A stretch of DNA of 64,000 bases from an uncultured Pseudanabaenaceae cyanobacterium (lineage in GTDB: Bacteria; Cyanobacteriota; Cyanobacteriia; PCC-9006; JAAUQQ01), in contig CALIJJ010000060.1 of NCBI GenBank assembly GCA_938017515.1, forward strand, positions 18,633 through 82,632, written 5' to 3'. The notes beneath the pieces are model-generated. The model searched no databases, had not been told where the DNA came from, and saw only the letters and a program-made list of their open reading frames with translations. Positions 20,580-32,470 of this stretch are shown piece after piece (positions within the stretch are counted from its first letter, which is position 1; each line of letters opens with the position of its first letter). The position numbers and the translations under genes are program-made.

Positions 20580-21812
20580 TTATCCGAGAAAAATCATGCG
20601 CTGCTGCCAAAGCGATCGCACCTCATCCAGCGGCGTGGGCACCTGTTCTAAAACGGTTTCCACAACGGCGTCATCGCCCAGGGCCTCGGCGGCCTTGAGA
20701 AACTCAAAACCAGCCTCAGAAATCTTGGCTGGGCGGTAGTCCTGATTGAGCAAGCTTTGGCTGGGCCAACCATGCATGCAGGGATTGCGCTTCACGCTTG
20801 CCCGTTGGAGGGCTGCATCGTCTTCCCAGGTGGTTCGCGCTAGGGGAGGTCGTGCCAAGAAAAACTCGTAATGGGGCACATGGGGGTTGAGCAATTCGAT
20901 CAGTCGGTAGCGATCGCGATCGCTCAATCCTGCTGCTCGTTCGATTAATTCGGGGGCTTGAGCGAGCAATGCTTCCAGGGACCAATTGTCAGGATTTGAA
21001 AATCCGACAAACTCCAAGCCTGAGGCATCAATCAGCTCAAACAGTGTCTTGACGTTGTAGTCCGTTTCCTGGGGATGGACGTACATATCTGCGAAGCACT
21101 CGTCGCGTGTGTTTTCGGCAGCCCAGTAGGTCTTCTCATAGGTCACCAGACGATTGTTATCTGGAAGGCTGCTGAAGAGCTTGCGGCCCACCTGGATGCC
21201 ATCGGTGTAGTCACCTCGCTTGTCCCCCTGGAGGAGTGCGATTGCCTCTTGCATGAGCTGAATTTCCCAGCGTCCCAGCTCGCCATAAACAAAGACATGG
21301 AGAACGCCGCCCGGCTTCAGTTTCTTCGCCAGGGACTGAATCCCGCGGACCGGATCGGGCATGTGGTGGAGCACACCCACGCAGTTGATCAAGTCAAATT
21401 CGCCAGGGACTTGATCGACGTCATAAATACTAAGCGTCTGGAACGTCGCGTTCGTTGCCCCCGAACGCTGTAGCCGCTCCGTGGCGACTTTCACCGTGCC
21501 GGGGCTGAGGTCGATCGCGACCACCTCTGCCTCTGGATTGAGATGGGCCAAGTAGTCTGTCCCGACTCCGGAACCACAGCCCGCATCCAAAATTCGCACC
21601 CGATTGCTTTGGGGTAATCGCCCGGTACAAAAGCTTGATGCTGCCGGCCAAAACCATCGCCAGTTATATCCCGGTGGGGGCTCATCCAACAGGGGGTCTG
21701 GGGGAAAGGGATAGGCGTTATAAAGCTTGGCAACCGCAGAACTCAAATCTGCTTCCGGCCCAGAGAATGATGCCGGATTTTTCTCGTGTGAGGGGAAGTT
21801 AGAAGAGGTCAT
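20580..21812 (-). CDS. class I SAM-dependent methyltransferase with C-terminal extension
   Basis: 410 aa. SAM motif I VRILDAGCGSGVGTDYL, followed by DLINCVGVLHHMPDP and KPGGVLHVFVY. Confidence 0.8.
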   Translation of the reverse strand: MTSSNFPSHEKNPASFSGPEADLSSAVAKLYNAYPFPPDPLLDEPPPGYNWRWFWPAASSFCTGRLPQSNRVRILDAGCGSGVGTDYLAHLNPEAEVVAIDLSPGTVKVATERLQRSGATNATFQTLSIYDVDQVPGEFDLINCVGVLHHMPDPVRGIQSLAKKLKPGGVLHVFVYGELGRWEIQLMQEAIALLQGDKRGDYTDGIQVGRKLFSSLPDNNRLVTYEKTYWAAENTRDECFADMYVHPQETDYNVKTLFELIDASGLEFVGFSNPDNWSLEALLAQAPELIERAAGLSDRDRYRLIELLNPHVPHYEFFLARPPLARTTWEDDAALQRASVKRNPCMHGWPSQSLLNQDYRPAKISEAGFEFLKAAEALGDDAVVETVLEQVPTPLDEVRSLWQQRMIFLG

Positions 21813-22008
21813 ATCAAAGGTGATCCCAAAGCAGCTGATGCTTCAATACATTTGTTAACAAAGGTCTCAGGCAATCCCGAAACACTCTAATCTAAAGGCT
21901 GATAAGAGGCCCTTCTTTGCCCAGTTGTTGCAAATTGACGAAGTTTTCTGGTCTCCAGAACCCTTTTCAATTCAACCACTGTGATTCAGATGGGTTGACC
22001 CATCTTAA

Positions 22009-24078
<2,070 letters not shown>

Positions 24079-24089
24079 GCATTGCTCTA

Positions 24090-24123
24090 CCGAAGGTCCA
24101 GCTCAACCGGGATGGACCTTCGG
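24090..24123 (+). terminator. hairpin after apcE
   Basis: CCGAAGGTCCA (24090-24100) pairs with TGGACCTTCGG (24113-24123), 12 nt after the apcE stop. The U-tract is weak. Confidence 0.5.
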
Positions 24124-24672
24124 TGTGCCTTGACTTCACCCGAATGTTTCTGGGATTAGTCCTCGGCGTTTTTGACGTCAATGGGGTCTGATTCTGGGGG
24201 GGCGGTAGCGCTAGATGTTGATCTAGCGATCGCCATTTGTCGTTCCATCGTTGTCCGTCATTTGGGCCTCAATTGCCTACCGTTAGAAGATTGTTTACAG
24301 AGTCTATAAGCGAGCGATCGTGGGGCTTTGGCGGCAGTTAAGAAGCCTTGCTTTCCCTGAAAGACGAGCTTTCATGAGACGTGATATTACAAACTGTTAC
24401 GTCGATTCTAAAAGGGCAATCCAAATGAAGCACAATAAAATCCCGAAGGTAGCTGGGTCTAGTCCCTGCGTTCGGGTCCAGGAATTTTAATCTGGGGCTC
24501 TGCAAGGGGCAGCGACAAGATTTAAGGGATTTTGTTTGCAATCTTTTTTGCACATATAGGTTTGAACCACGTCTGAGACTGGCCAAGCCATTCATCTGAC
24601 AGAACTCGTTCTGCCAGTGTTCGGTCGTCAGCCTAGGCCCATTTTCATAAATCTGCTTGGAGGAATCCGTTA

Positions 24673-25158
24673 ATGAGTATCGTCTCAAAGTCCATCGTGA
24701 ATGCTGACGCTGAGGCTCGCTACCTCAGCCCGGGTGAGTTAGACCGCATCAAGACCTTCGTCACCAACGGTGAGCGTCGTCTGCGCATCGCAGAAACCCT
24801 GACCAGCTCTCGCGAGAAGATCATTAAGGACGCGGGCAGTCAGCTTTTCCAAAAGCGCCCCGACGTGGTTTCCCCCGGCGGCAACGCCTACGGTGAAGAC
24901 ATGACCGCGACTTGCCTGCGCGACATGGACTACTATCTGCGTCTCGTTACCTACGGCATCGTCTCTGGTGATGTGACTCCCATCGAGGAGATCGGTCTGG
25001 TCGGCGCTCGCGAAATGTACAAGTCTTTGGGTACGCCCATCGACGCTGTCATTGAAGCTGTTCGCGCTATGAAGTCTGTGAGCACGGGTCTTCTGACCGG
25101 CGCTGATGCGGATGAGGCTGGCGCCTACTTCGATTATGTAATCAGCGGCATGTCCTAG
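24673..25158 (+). CDS. apcA: allophycocyanin alpha subunit
   Basis: 161 aa. [30 protein letters not shown] ... [18 protein letters not shown] (chromophore Cys). Confidence 0.97.
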   Translation: MSIVSKSIVNADAEARYLSPGELDRIKTFVTNGERRLRIAETLTSSREKIIKDAGSQLFQKRPDVVSPGGNAYGEDMTATCLRDMDYYLRLVTYGIVSGDVTPIEEIGLVGAREMYKSLGTPIDAVIEAVRAMKSVSTGLLTGADADEAGAYFDYVISGMS

Positions 25159-25259
25159 GTTGGTTGATTCTGGGCCTGTCTGTTTCGTCAACAGATGGGT
25201 TCGATAATCATTCTTTCTTTAGTCCCTTCAATTTTGAGATTTTTTAAGGAAGCATAACG

Positions 25260-25745
25260 ATGCAAGACGCTATTACCTCCGTCATTAATTCCTCCGATGT
25301 TCAGGGCCAGTATCTTGATGCTGCTGCCATGGGCAAGCTGAAGGCTTACTTCCAAACTGGTGAGCTGCGTGTTCGTGCTGCGACCTCCATCAGCGCTAAC
25401 TCTGCAACCATCGTCAAGGAAGCTGTTGCCAAGGCGCTGCTTTACTCTGACATCACCCGTCCCGGTGGCAACATGTACACCACTCGTCGCTATGCAGCCT
25501 GCATCCGCGACCTGGACTACTATCTGCGCTATGCGACCTACGCAATGCTTGCAGGTGATGTCTCCATCCTGGATGAGCGTGTGCTCAACGGCCTCAAGGA
25601 AACCTACAACTCCCTGGGCGTCCCCGTGGGTGCTACGGTTCAGGCGATTCAAGCCATGAAAGAAGTGACTGCTTCTTTGGTTGGTCCTGACGCTGGCCGC
25701 GAAATGGGCGTTTACTTCGACTACATCTGCTCTGGTCTCGGCTAA
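25260..25745 (+). CDS. apcB: allophycocyanin beta subunit
   Basis: 161 aa. [20 protein letters not shown] ... [23 protein letters not shown]. Confidence 0.97.
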   Translation: MQDAITSVINSSDVQGQYLDAAAMGKLKAYFQTGELRVRAATSISANSATIVKEAVAKALLYSDITRPGGNMYTTRRYAACIRDLDYYLRYATYAMLAGDVSILDERVLNGLKETYNSLGVPVGATVQAIQAMKEVTASLVGPDAGREMGVYFDYICSGLG

Positions 25746-25821
25746 TTGCTGAGCTACCTTCGAGTGGCTGGTCACCGAGAGACTGCTCTTTTATAGAGAA
25801 TCCCTCTGGGCTTGACTATCA

Positions 25822-25870
25822 AGACCTAGGCCGTGCGAAAGCTAATTTGCGCCGCCTAGGTCTTTGTTTT
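25822..25870 (+). terminator. intercistronic hairpin / partial terminator between apcB and apcC
   Basis: AGACCTAGGC (25822-25831) pairs with GCCTAGGTCT (25854-25863), followed by TTGTTTT. Confidence 0.5.
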
Positions 25871-25933
25871 ATCCCTGGGCTTCATGTCTCTCCTTATTTA
25901 TCCACGAAAGTTTTCTGCGGGAGAACTGTACTC

Positions 25934-26137
25934 ATGAGGATGTTCAAGGTCACCGCCTGTGTGCCGAGCCCCGACAAGGTTCGTACTCAGCGGGAGCTGC
26001 AAAATACCTACTTCACGAAGCTGGTTGCCTATGACAACTGGTTTAAGGAGCAGCAGCGAATTCAAAAGTTGGGCGGCACAATCATTAAGGTTGAGCTGGC
26101 GACCGGTCGTCCCGGTGCGAATACTGGGATTGCCTAG
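25934..26137 (+). CDS. apcC: phycobilisome core linker LC7.8 (ApcC)
   Basis: An internal ATG at 25934 of track ORF 25847..26137 gives a 67 aa product, MRMFKVTACVPSPDKVRTQRELQNTYFTKLVAYDNWFKEQQRIQKLGGTIIKVELATGRPGANTGIA. This matches the typical ApcC length and sequence. Confidence 0.9.
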   Translation: MRMFKVTACVPSPDKVRTQRELQNTYFTKLVAYDNWFKEQQRIQKLGGTIIKVELATGRPGANTGIA

Positions 26138-26196
26138 TTTTCCCAATGGTGTCTGTCTTAATGGACCCAATTTAATTAATAACCCTTCCAATTTGA

Positions 26197-26243
26197 GCGA
26201 CGTGTTTTCCTAGAGGAATTTCTCTGGAGCGCACGTCGTTTTT
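26197..26243 (+). terminator. intrinsic terminator after apcC
   Basis: Outer stem CGACGTG / CACGTCG with an inner stem CC(T)AGAG / CTCTGG, followed by TTTTTG (26239-26244). Confidence 0.55.
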
Positions 26244-26432
26244 GTTGGGAGCTCTTATTGGCTCGTTGTGATGCTGCTATCCGGTATTGGGCTTTGCCTT
26301 TTTGGCAATTTTGCGATTGAGTAAAGGAGCCCAAGAGGGGGACAGACCCCATCTTCAGTCAAGCTGTCTGACCTGTCGTCTCTATTTGGGTGTCGGCTAC
26401 ACTGAGCAGCACAACTCACCCCAACTCCCACC

Positions 26433-27641
26433 GTGCAACTGCGCTACATTTTTCCCTGGTTCGATCCATCCTCCTTGAAATGGTCTGCCGATGCCCGTGT
26501 GCTGCGTTGGTTAACGTTGCTGTGGCTTTCCATTGGCTTGGTTGTCCTATGTACAGCTTCCTATGTGACAGCCGCGGCAGATAATGCCGATGGCTTTTAC
26601 TATCTCAAGCGCCAGTTTATTTGGGCTTGGATTGGTATGGTCCTGTTCAATTTGATCATCCATACGCCCATCCGATTCATCATTGGCATGGCCCATTGGT
26701 TTTTAATTTCCTGCTTGGGATTGATTCTGCTGACCCATGTACCGGGACTCGGAGCGACGGTGAATGGTGCCACCCGTTGGCTGGTGCTGGGGCCCATTTC
26801 TCTGCAGCCTTCGGAGTTGATTAAGCCGTTTTTGGTGCTCCAAGGGGCGCGTATCTTTAGCCAATGGGATCGATTGCCTTGGCCAGTGCGGTGGCGATGG
26901 TTGGGAACGTTTGCTGTGGTTTTGGGCGCTATTCTGACGCAGCCTAACCTCAGTACGGCCTCGCTTTGTGGCATGCTGCTCTGGCTGATTGCCCTGGCGG
27001 CTGGATTGCCACTGAAGCAGTTGGGGGGGACGGCCTTTGCTGGGTTTATGTTGGCGGTGTTGAGTGTCAGTCGTAATGAATACCAATGGTTGCGCATTAC
27101 TTCTTTTCTGAACCCCTGGGCTGACTCCCAAGGCGATGGCTATCAATTGGTGCAGAGTCTGCTCGCTATTGGCTCAGGGGGCGTGACGGGGACAGGGTTT
27201 GGCCAGTCCCAACAGAAGATGTTCTATTTGCCCTTTCAGTACACCGACTTTATTTTTTCGGTGTTTGCTGAGGAGTTTGGTTTGATTGGCGGCATTCTGT
27301 TGCTGACGCTGCTGGCGATTTATGCGCTCATGGGGTTGAGGGTGGCGATTAAGGCCAATCGAGATGTCCATCAACTGATTGCGATTGGCGTGATCATTTT
27401 GTTGATTGGTCAATCGATTTTGAATATTGCGGTGGCAACGGGCTCTATGCCAACAACGGGATTGCCGATGCCGATGATGAGTTATGGTGGCAACTCGATT
27501 TTGGCCAGTTTGGTGGCGGCAGGGCTGCTGATTCGGGTGGCGCGGGAAAGTAGCGATCGCAATGTTATTGACCCCCTACGCCAATCCGGTAAGCAATTTG
27601 GGCAACCCACCCGTCGCCGCAGTTTGAGCGGAAAGCGCTAA
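26433..27641 (+). CDS. ftsW: FtsW/RodA/SpoVE (SEDS) family cell-division protein
   Basis: 402 aa polytopic membrane protein with a GTG start. Contains the SEDS motifs QPSELIKPFLVL, GYQLVQSLLAIGSGGVTGTGFG and LPFQYTDFIFSVFAEEFGLIG. Confidence 0.85.
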   Translation: MQLRYIFPWFDPSSLKWSADARVLRWLTLLWLSIGLVVLCTASYVTAAADNADGFYYLKRQFIWAWIGMVLFNLIIHTPIRFIIGMAHWFLISCLGLILLTHVPGLGATVNGATRWLVLGPISLQPSELIKPFLVLQGARIFSQWDRLPWPVRWRWLGTFAVVLGAILTQPNLSTASLCGMLLWLIALAAGLPLKQLGGTAFAGFMLAVLSVSRNEYQWLRITSFLNPWADSQGDGYQLVQSLLAIGSGGVTGTGFGQSQQKMFYLPFQYTDFIFSVFAEEFGLIGGILLLTLLAIYALMGLRVAIKANRDVHQLIAIGVIILLIGQSILNIAVATGSMPTTGLPMPMMSYGGNSILASLVAAGLLIRVARESSDRNVIDPLRQSGKQFGQPTRRRSLSGKR

Positions 27642-27750
27642 ATCTATCGGTGAAGCGCAACAGAGAGACTTCACAAGCCGTAATATGGACTGTAGGGACG
27701 TAGCAGCGCTATGTCCCTACAGTCGTTTTTGTGACGGACCCGGAAAACCA

Positions 27751-28488
27751 GTGCTGGAAACGCTGCAAACGCAACTTTATACCCTGGAGCATTGGGCCGA
27801 TGGCCAGGTGCTTCAGCAGCTTAACCATTTATCTCCGCTGAGCGTTGGCGTGATGCTGTTGGCTGGTCTGCTGACCAGTCTGACGCCCTGCATGTTGTCC
27901 ATGTTGCCGATCACGCTGGGCTATATCGGTGGCTATGGTGATGACGATGATCGGGGCCAGGCGGCTGTGCAGTCGCTGTGGTTTGCGGCGGGACTAGCGA
28001 CGACGTTGGCGGGCTTAGGGGTGGCTGCGTCTTTGCTGGGAAAAATCTACGGCCAGATTGGTCTGGGTCTTCCCATTGCCGTGAGCGTGATTGCGATTTT
28101 AATGGGCCTGAATTTGCTTGAGGTTTTGCCCCTGCGGTTGCCTGGCTTCAGCAATATTGAAGTGCCGGAAACCTGGCCCAAGGGGATTCGTTCCTATGCG
28201 CTGGGGCTCACCTTTGGCCTGATCGCGTCTCCTTGCAGTACGCCCGTGTTGGCAACGCTGCTGGCTTGGATTTCCACATCGGGAAAACCGGGCCTGGGTG
28301 GTTTTCTGCTCCTTTGCTATGCCCTGGGCTATGTCCTGCCGATTGTTTTGGCGGGAACGTTTGTTGGGACGCTGAAGCGTCTCCTGTCGCTGCGGCAGTG
28401 GTCCGGTTGGATTAATCCGACGAGTGGTGTTTTGTTGATTGGATTTGGGGTGTTTTCGTTGTTGACTCGGTTATTCCCCGTGGTTTGA
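27751..28488 (+). CDS. ccdA: cytochrome c biogenesis thiol-disulfide transporter CcdA
   Basis: The two conserved Cys motifs are LTPCMLSMLP and ASPCSTPVLA. The track ORF starts at 27685. GTG at 27751 (VLETLQTQLYTLEHW) gives the usual length of about 245 aa. Confidence 0.85.
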   Translation: MLETLQTQLYTLEHWADGQVLQQLNHLSPLSVGVMLLAGLLTSLTPCMLSMLPITLGYIGGYGDDDDRGQAAVQSLWFAAGLATTLAGLGVAASLLGKIYGQIGLGLPIAVSVIAILMGLNLLEVLPLRLPGFSNIEVPETWPKGIRSYALGLTFGLIASPCSTPVLATLLAWISTSGKPGLGGFLLLCYALGYVLPIVLAGTFVGTLKRLLSLRQWSGWINPTSGVLLIGFGVFSLLTRLFPVV

Positions 28489-28552
28489 CTGGGTCAGTGC
28501 TTTTCCCGCAGTGTCCAGTGGCAGTGTTCTATAGGGCGGTTTGATTTTTGGT

Positions 28553-29962
28553 ATGACTCAGGATTCTTCGAGCGGTTCATTGGTGCAATCAATCAAGCGT
28601 TATTTCCGCAAAGAGGTTTTGCCCGTGTTGGCCAATCTGCGGTTGGCTATTGTGCTGCTGTTGACGATTGCGATCGCCAGCATCAGCGGCACCGTGATTG
28701 AACAGGGCCAGAGCCTCGCGTTTTACCAAGAAAACTACCCTGAAGATCCCGCCCTCTTTGGTTTCCTAACCTGGAAAGTCCTGCTGACCCTGGGTCTCAA
28801 TCAGGTCTATCACACCTGGTGGTTTTACAGCATCTTGGTCCTGTTTGGGGCCAGCCTGATTGCCTGTACCTTCACCAATCAGATTCCTCGACTGAAGTCT
28901 GCCCGCAACTGGAAGTACTATCGAAAATCGCGGCAGTTTAACAAGCTTGCCTTGAGTACCGATGTTGGTCTGGCTGCCTTTGAGGCATTACCCGAACGGC
29001 TCAAACGCAAACGCTTTCTGGTGCATCAAGAGGGTGACGTTCTCTATGCGCGGCGCGGCATCATCGGTCGCATTGGTCCGATCATTGTCCATGTCAGCAT
29101 GCTGATGATCTTGGCGGGGGCGATTTGGGGGAGCCTGAGTGGTTTCTTTGCCCAGGAAATGGTTCCCCAAGGCGAAGCGTTCAAAGTAAAAAATATTTTT
29201 GATCGGGGTCCTTTCTCGGATGCCCAAGTGCCGACGGATTGGGGCGTGAAGGTGAATCGTTTTTGGATTGACTACGCCCCCGATGGTCACATCGACCAGT
29301 TTTATTCGGACCTGTCGGTGATTGATGATGAGGGGACTGAACTCGATCGCCAAACGATCCACGTCAACAAGCCCCTGCGCCACGATGGTGTGACGTTCTA
29401 CCAGGCGGATTGGAACATTGCTGGCGTTGCGGTGCGCCTCAACAATAGCCCAACCCTTCAGTTTCCAGTGGGTGAGCTGGATACCGGCGGCCAGGGTCGT
29501 CTCTGGGGCACGTTCATCCCGACCAAGCCTGATATGAGTGAAGGCGTCTCCTTGGTGGCCAAGGATATGCAGGGCACCATGCTGATTTATGGTGCGGATG
29601 GAAAGCTGATCGGAACGGTTCGTAAGGGAATGGCGACGGAAATTCCGATTGATGGCAAGCCCTTTCGTTTGACCCTGGTAGATATCATTGGCAGCACGGG
29701 TCTGCAAATTAAGGCGGATCCCGGGATTCCCTATGTTTATCTGGGGTTTGGCTTGCTGATGGTGAGTACGATGATGAGCTATGTTTCCCATTCCCAGGTG
29801 TGGGCATTGCGCGAGGGCGATCGCTGCTACATCGGTGGCAGAACCAATCGAGCCCAGGTGAGCTTTGAGCGGGAACTGCTGGAGATTCTAGAAAGCGTTC
29901 AACACAGTGATTCAGTCACCAATCGCCAAAAAGAGACTGATCCTGCCGCCGCATCGGTCTAG
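28553..29962 (+). CDS. ccs1: cytochrome c biogenesis protein Ccs1/CcsB (ResB family)
   Basis: About 469 aa from ATG 28553. It has the ResB-like N-terminus ([35 protein letters not shown]), a large soluble loop and a C-terminal TM segment. Adjacent to ccdA (System II). Confidence 0.9.
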   Translation: MTQDSSSGSLVQSIKRYFRKEVLPVLANLRLAIVLLLTIAIASISGTVIEQGQSLAFYQENYPEDPALFGFLTWKVLLTLGLNQVYHTWWFYSILVLFGASLIACTFTNQIPRLKSARNWKYYRKSRQFNKLALSTDVGLAAFEALPERLKRKRFLVHQEGDVLYARRGIIGRIGPIIVHVSMLMILAGAIWGSLSGFFAQEMVPQGEAFKVKNIFDRGPFSDAQVPTDWGVKVNRFWIDYAPDGHIDQFYSDLSVIDDEGTELDRQTIHVNKPLRHDGVTFYQADWNIAGVAVRLNNSPTLQFPVGELDTGGQGRLWGTFIPTKPDMSEGVSLVAKDMQGTMLIYGADGKLIGTVRKGMATEIPIDGKPFRLTLVDIIGSTGLQIKADPGIPYVYLGFGLLMVSTMMSYVSHSQVWALREGDRCYIGGRTNRAQVSFERELLEILESVQHSDSVTNRQKETDPAAASV

Positions 29963-29998
29963 GGGCCTAGCCTCAAGGTCTAGAGACCTAGCCTCAAT

Positions 29999-30043
29999 CG
30001 GAACGAGCGCCATCCCGACTCAGTCGGGATGGCGCTCGTTCCG
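29999..30043. repeat. perfect 22-bp-arm palindrome between convergent ccs1 and queF (possible bidirectional terminator)
   Basis: CGGAACGAGCGCCATCCCGACT (29999-30020) and AGTCGGGATGGCGCTCGTTCCG (30022-30043) are exact reverse complements. There is no flanking U-tract. It is preceded by a direct repeat of CCTAGCCTCAA. Confidence 0.6.
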
Positions 30044-30075
30044 ATGACTAACTTCCGCAGGACCGAGCGTCCGGG

Positions 30076-30516
30076 CTAATTCTCTTTCGTATGGTTCACC
30101 GTGATGACGGTGTGAACATTGCCGCGGGGGGTAAAGTCTCCCTTGATGGTCACCTCTAGGGGATCACAGGCGGCGATGATGTCATCCAAAATTTGGTTGA
30201 CGGACTCTTCGTGAGAAATATAGCGATCGCGAAAGCTATTGATATACAGCTTCAGCGCTTTCAGCTCCACGACACGCTCATTGGGAACATACTTGAGATA
30301 AATCGTTGCGAAGTCGGGATACCCCGAAAACGGACATTTGCACGTGAACTCCGGCAGGGAGATCTCAACGTCAAAGCGGCGGCCTGGTCGAGGATTCGGG
30401 AACGTAATCAGCTTGCCTTCTCGGATCTCACGCTCACCGTATTTCATTTCCGGTGTGCTGATAATTCCCGCTGCTGCTTCAATGGCTTCCCGGGTGGGTG
30501 CTGATGACACTTCCAT
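30076..30516 (-). CDS. queF: NADPH-dependent 7-cyano-7-deazaguanine (preQ0) reductase QueF
   Basis: 146 aa unimodular QueF. Contains EFTCKCPFSGYPDFATIYLKYVP and the E(S/L)K(S/A)hK(L/Y)(Y/F/W)-like motif VELKALKLYINSFR. Confidence 0.9.
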   Translation of the reverse strand: MEVSSAPTREAIEAAAGIISTPEMKYGEREIREGKLITFPNPRPGRRFDVEISLPEFTCKCPFSGYPDFATIYLKYVPNERVVELKALKLYINSFRDRYISHEESVNQILDDIIAACDPLEVTIKGDFTPRGNVHTVITVNHTKEN

Positions 30517-30901
30517 GATCTAGATGTTCCTGGGTAGATTAATGCTCTGGTGAAGACTTAATGCCGTGCCTTGGCCAAAACCCTTTAGGCTAAAACCCTC
30601 TAATTTCAGGGGGTAATCCTGAAGCTCGGAGAAGCTTGATGGCTCCAGGGTTATTACGGACGTAAGCGTTAAATTACCAACAAGTCTACCGAAAAAATAG
30701 CGAAGTTAGATCCGTGGAAGGCAAGGGTAGACCAAATATTTATTTACTCAAATTCAAACAGTATTTAGCAGGCTTTCCAAAGCCTTATGCCGTAAGGATT
30801 TCGGATTTTCCAGAGAAAAAGGTGCCAGATCGGAAGTTATGCATTATTCTTGGGCTTGAATTCGGCGATCTTGCTCTTTTTCCCTCCAACGGCTAAGGCA
30901 G

Positions 30902-31594
30902 ATGAACTTTGGTATGAATCAAAAACGCTCTATCCACGATCGTGGACCTGGGCAGGCAGCGGCGACTCAACCGACACCCGCTGTCCCCATCTCGGTGTAT
31001 CGCGAGTTAGCAGCAGAGTTGCAAGCATCGCAAACCATGCTCGACTCTCTCCATGCTCAGAATCGCCATTTGCGCAAAGCGAATCAGCAAATGCAGTTTG
31101 AGCTGGACCACATTATTGAATCGGCCCAAAAGATGCAGCAGATTTCTGCTCCATCTCCCAGTGCGGCCCATTCTTCGCCCTCCCAGACGACCGGCAACGG
31201 CACTCAGACCAATGCCGCTGCTCAACCCGCCCGAAAAGCGGTGCGACGCCCCGCTGCCCATGCTGCGGAAGCGGCAGCTCAATCTCAGCACCCTGCGGCT
31301 CCGATTCCCTTGGAAGCCTTAGAGGCACCGGCGCATCCCTCTGCTGCTCGACCGAAGAAGGTGCGCAAGCGTCCTCCGGCACCCAGGAGCGATCGCGAAG
31401 TTGCTGTGGATGCTCTCAATAAGTTATTTACGGGGCGTGAGGAGCAGCGTCTGCGCCCGAAGCTTTCGCCCGATGGTTCACCAGAAATCAATTCCTGGTG
31501 GCTCATGGTGATGGTGCTTTTTATCGTCGTCACAGCCTTCGGAACAGGCTTCTTGCTTGTTCGCCCCTTCCTGAATCAATCTTCGTCGTCTTAG
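30902..31594 (+). CDS. hypothetical protein (coiled coil, Ala/Pro-rich middle, C-terminal TM anchor)
   Basis: 230 aa. YRELAAELQASQTMLDSLHAQNRHLRKANQQMQFELDHIIESAQKMQQ is followed by a low-complexity region and a C-terminal hydrophobic segment, WWLMVMVLFIVVTAFGTGFLLV. Confidence 0.6.
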   Translation: MNFGMNQKRSIHDRGPGQAAATQPTPAVPISVYRELAAELQASQTMLDSLHAQNRHLRKANQQMQFELDHIIESAQKMQQISAPSPSAAHSSPSQTTGNGTQTNAAAQPARKAVRRPAAHAAEAAAQSQHPAAPIPLEALEAPAHPSAARPKKVRKRPPAPRSDREVAVDALNKLFTGREEQRLRPKLSPDGSPEINSWWLMVMVLFIVVTAFGTGFLLVRPFLNQSSSS

Positions 31595-31904
31595 ATCGCT
31601 CCAAGAAGGGGGATTGGGGTGGGTTGAGGAAAGAGCAAATCGCCGTTTTATCTTGCTTTCCCGCTCTACCCCAAATTAAACCTCGTCTTGGAAGTAAGTT
31701 TTGACGTGTCGACCATTTGCAGTTCTTGGGTTGTCTTAGGCGACTCACCGTTGCAGTCTTGATGAGCTGGATTCATGCGGAATTGCAGCCGTTCTGTTTC
31801 CGTGCTGAAGATAGATTTGATGCCTTTGTTACGATTTGGCTTGCTGCTGTTGCGATCGCGCTAGTCTAGAAAAGATTTCGTTCGTGATTAAGACGTCGGG
31901 ATAA

Positions 31905-32288
<384 letters not shown>

Positions 32289-32349
32289 ACAACTTTTCTA
32301 CTGTGTGAATTTCTAGGGGATGTTGTTTTCGCAAACCCTTAGCATCGCC

Positions 32350-32388
32350 AAAAAAGCAGGGAATCGCATTGCGATTCCCTGCTTTTTT
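32350..32388. terminator. bidirectional intrinsic terminator between convergent glnB and miaB
   Basis: AGCAGGGAATCGC (32355-32367) and GCGATTCCCTGCT (32371-32383) form a perfect 13-bp stem. It is flanked by an A6 run upstream and a T6 run downstream. Confidence 0.75.
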
Positions 32389-32470
32389 GGTCAGATTTTG
32401 GTAACTCGAATTTTCGAGGTACTTCAAATGTTCGAGATTGAGCTTCGAAACTCTGCTTTGCGATTACGCC

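Noticed and set aside
20161-20739. ORFs in the atp1 upstream region (20161..20490 minus; 20463..20739 plus)
   Set aside because: No motifs, Arg/Gly/Cys-rich composition, and overlap with the methyltransferase 3-prime end. The region is better explained as the atp promoter and leader.
24338-24688. 116-aa minus-strand ORF upstream of apcA
   Set aside because: It runs antisense through the apcA leader and start codon. It is more likely the long 5-prime UTR and promoter of apcABC.
25188-25775. 195-aa ORF antisense to apcB, and 24739..25191 antisense to apcA
   Set aside because: These are shadow frames of two of the most recognisable genes in the window.
30517-30660. preQ1 riboswitch upstream of queF
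   Set aside because: The minus-strand leader contains AGAGGGTTTTAGCC. It lacks a convincing preQ1-I hairpin plus A-rich tail, and only about 3 bp of stem can form.
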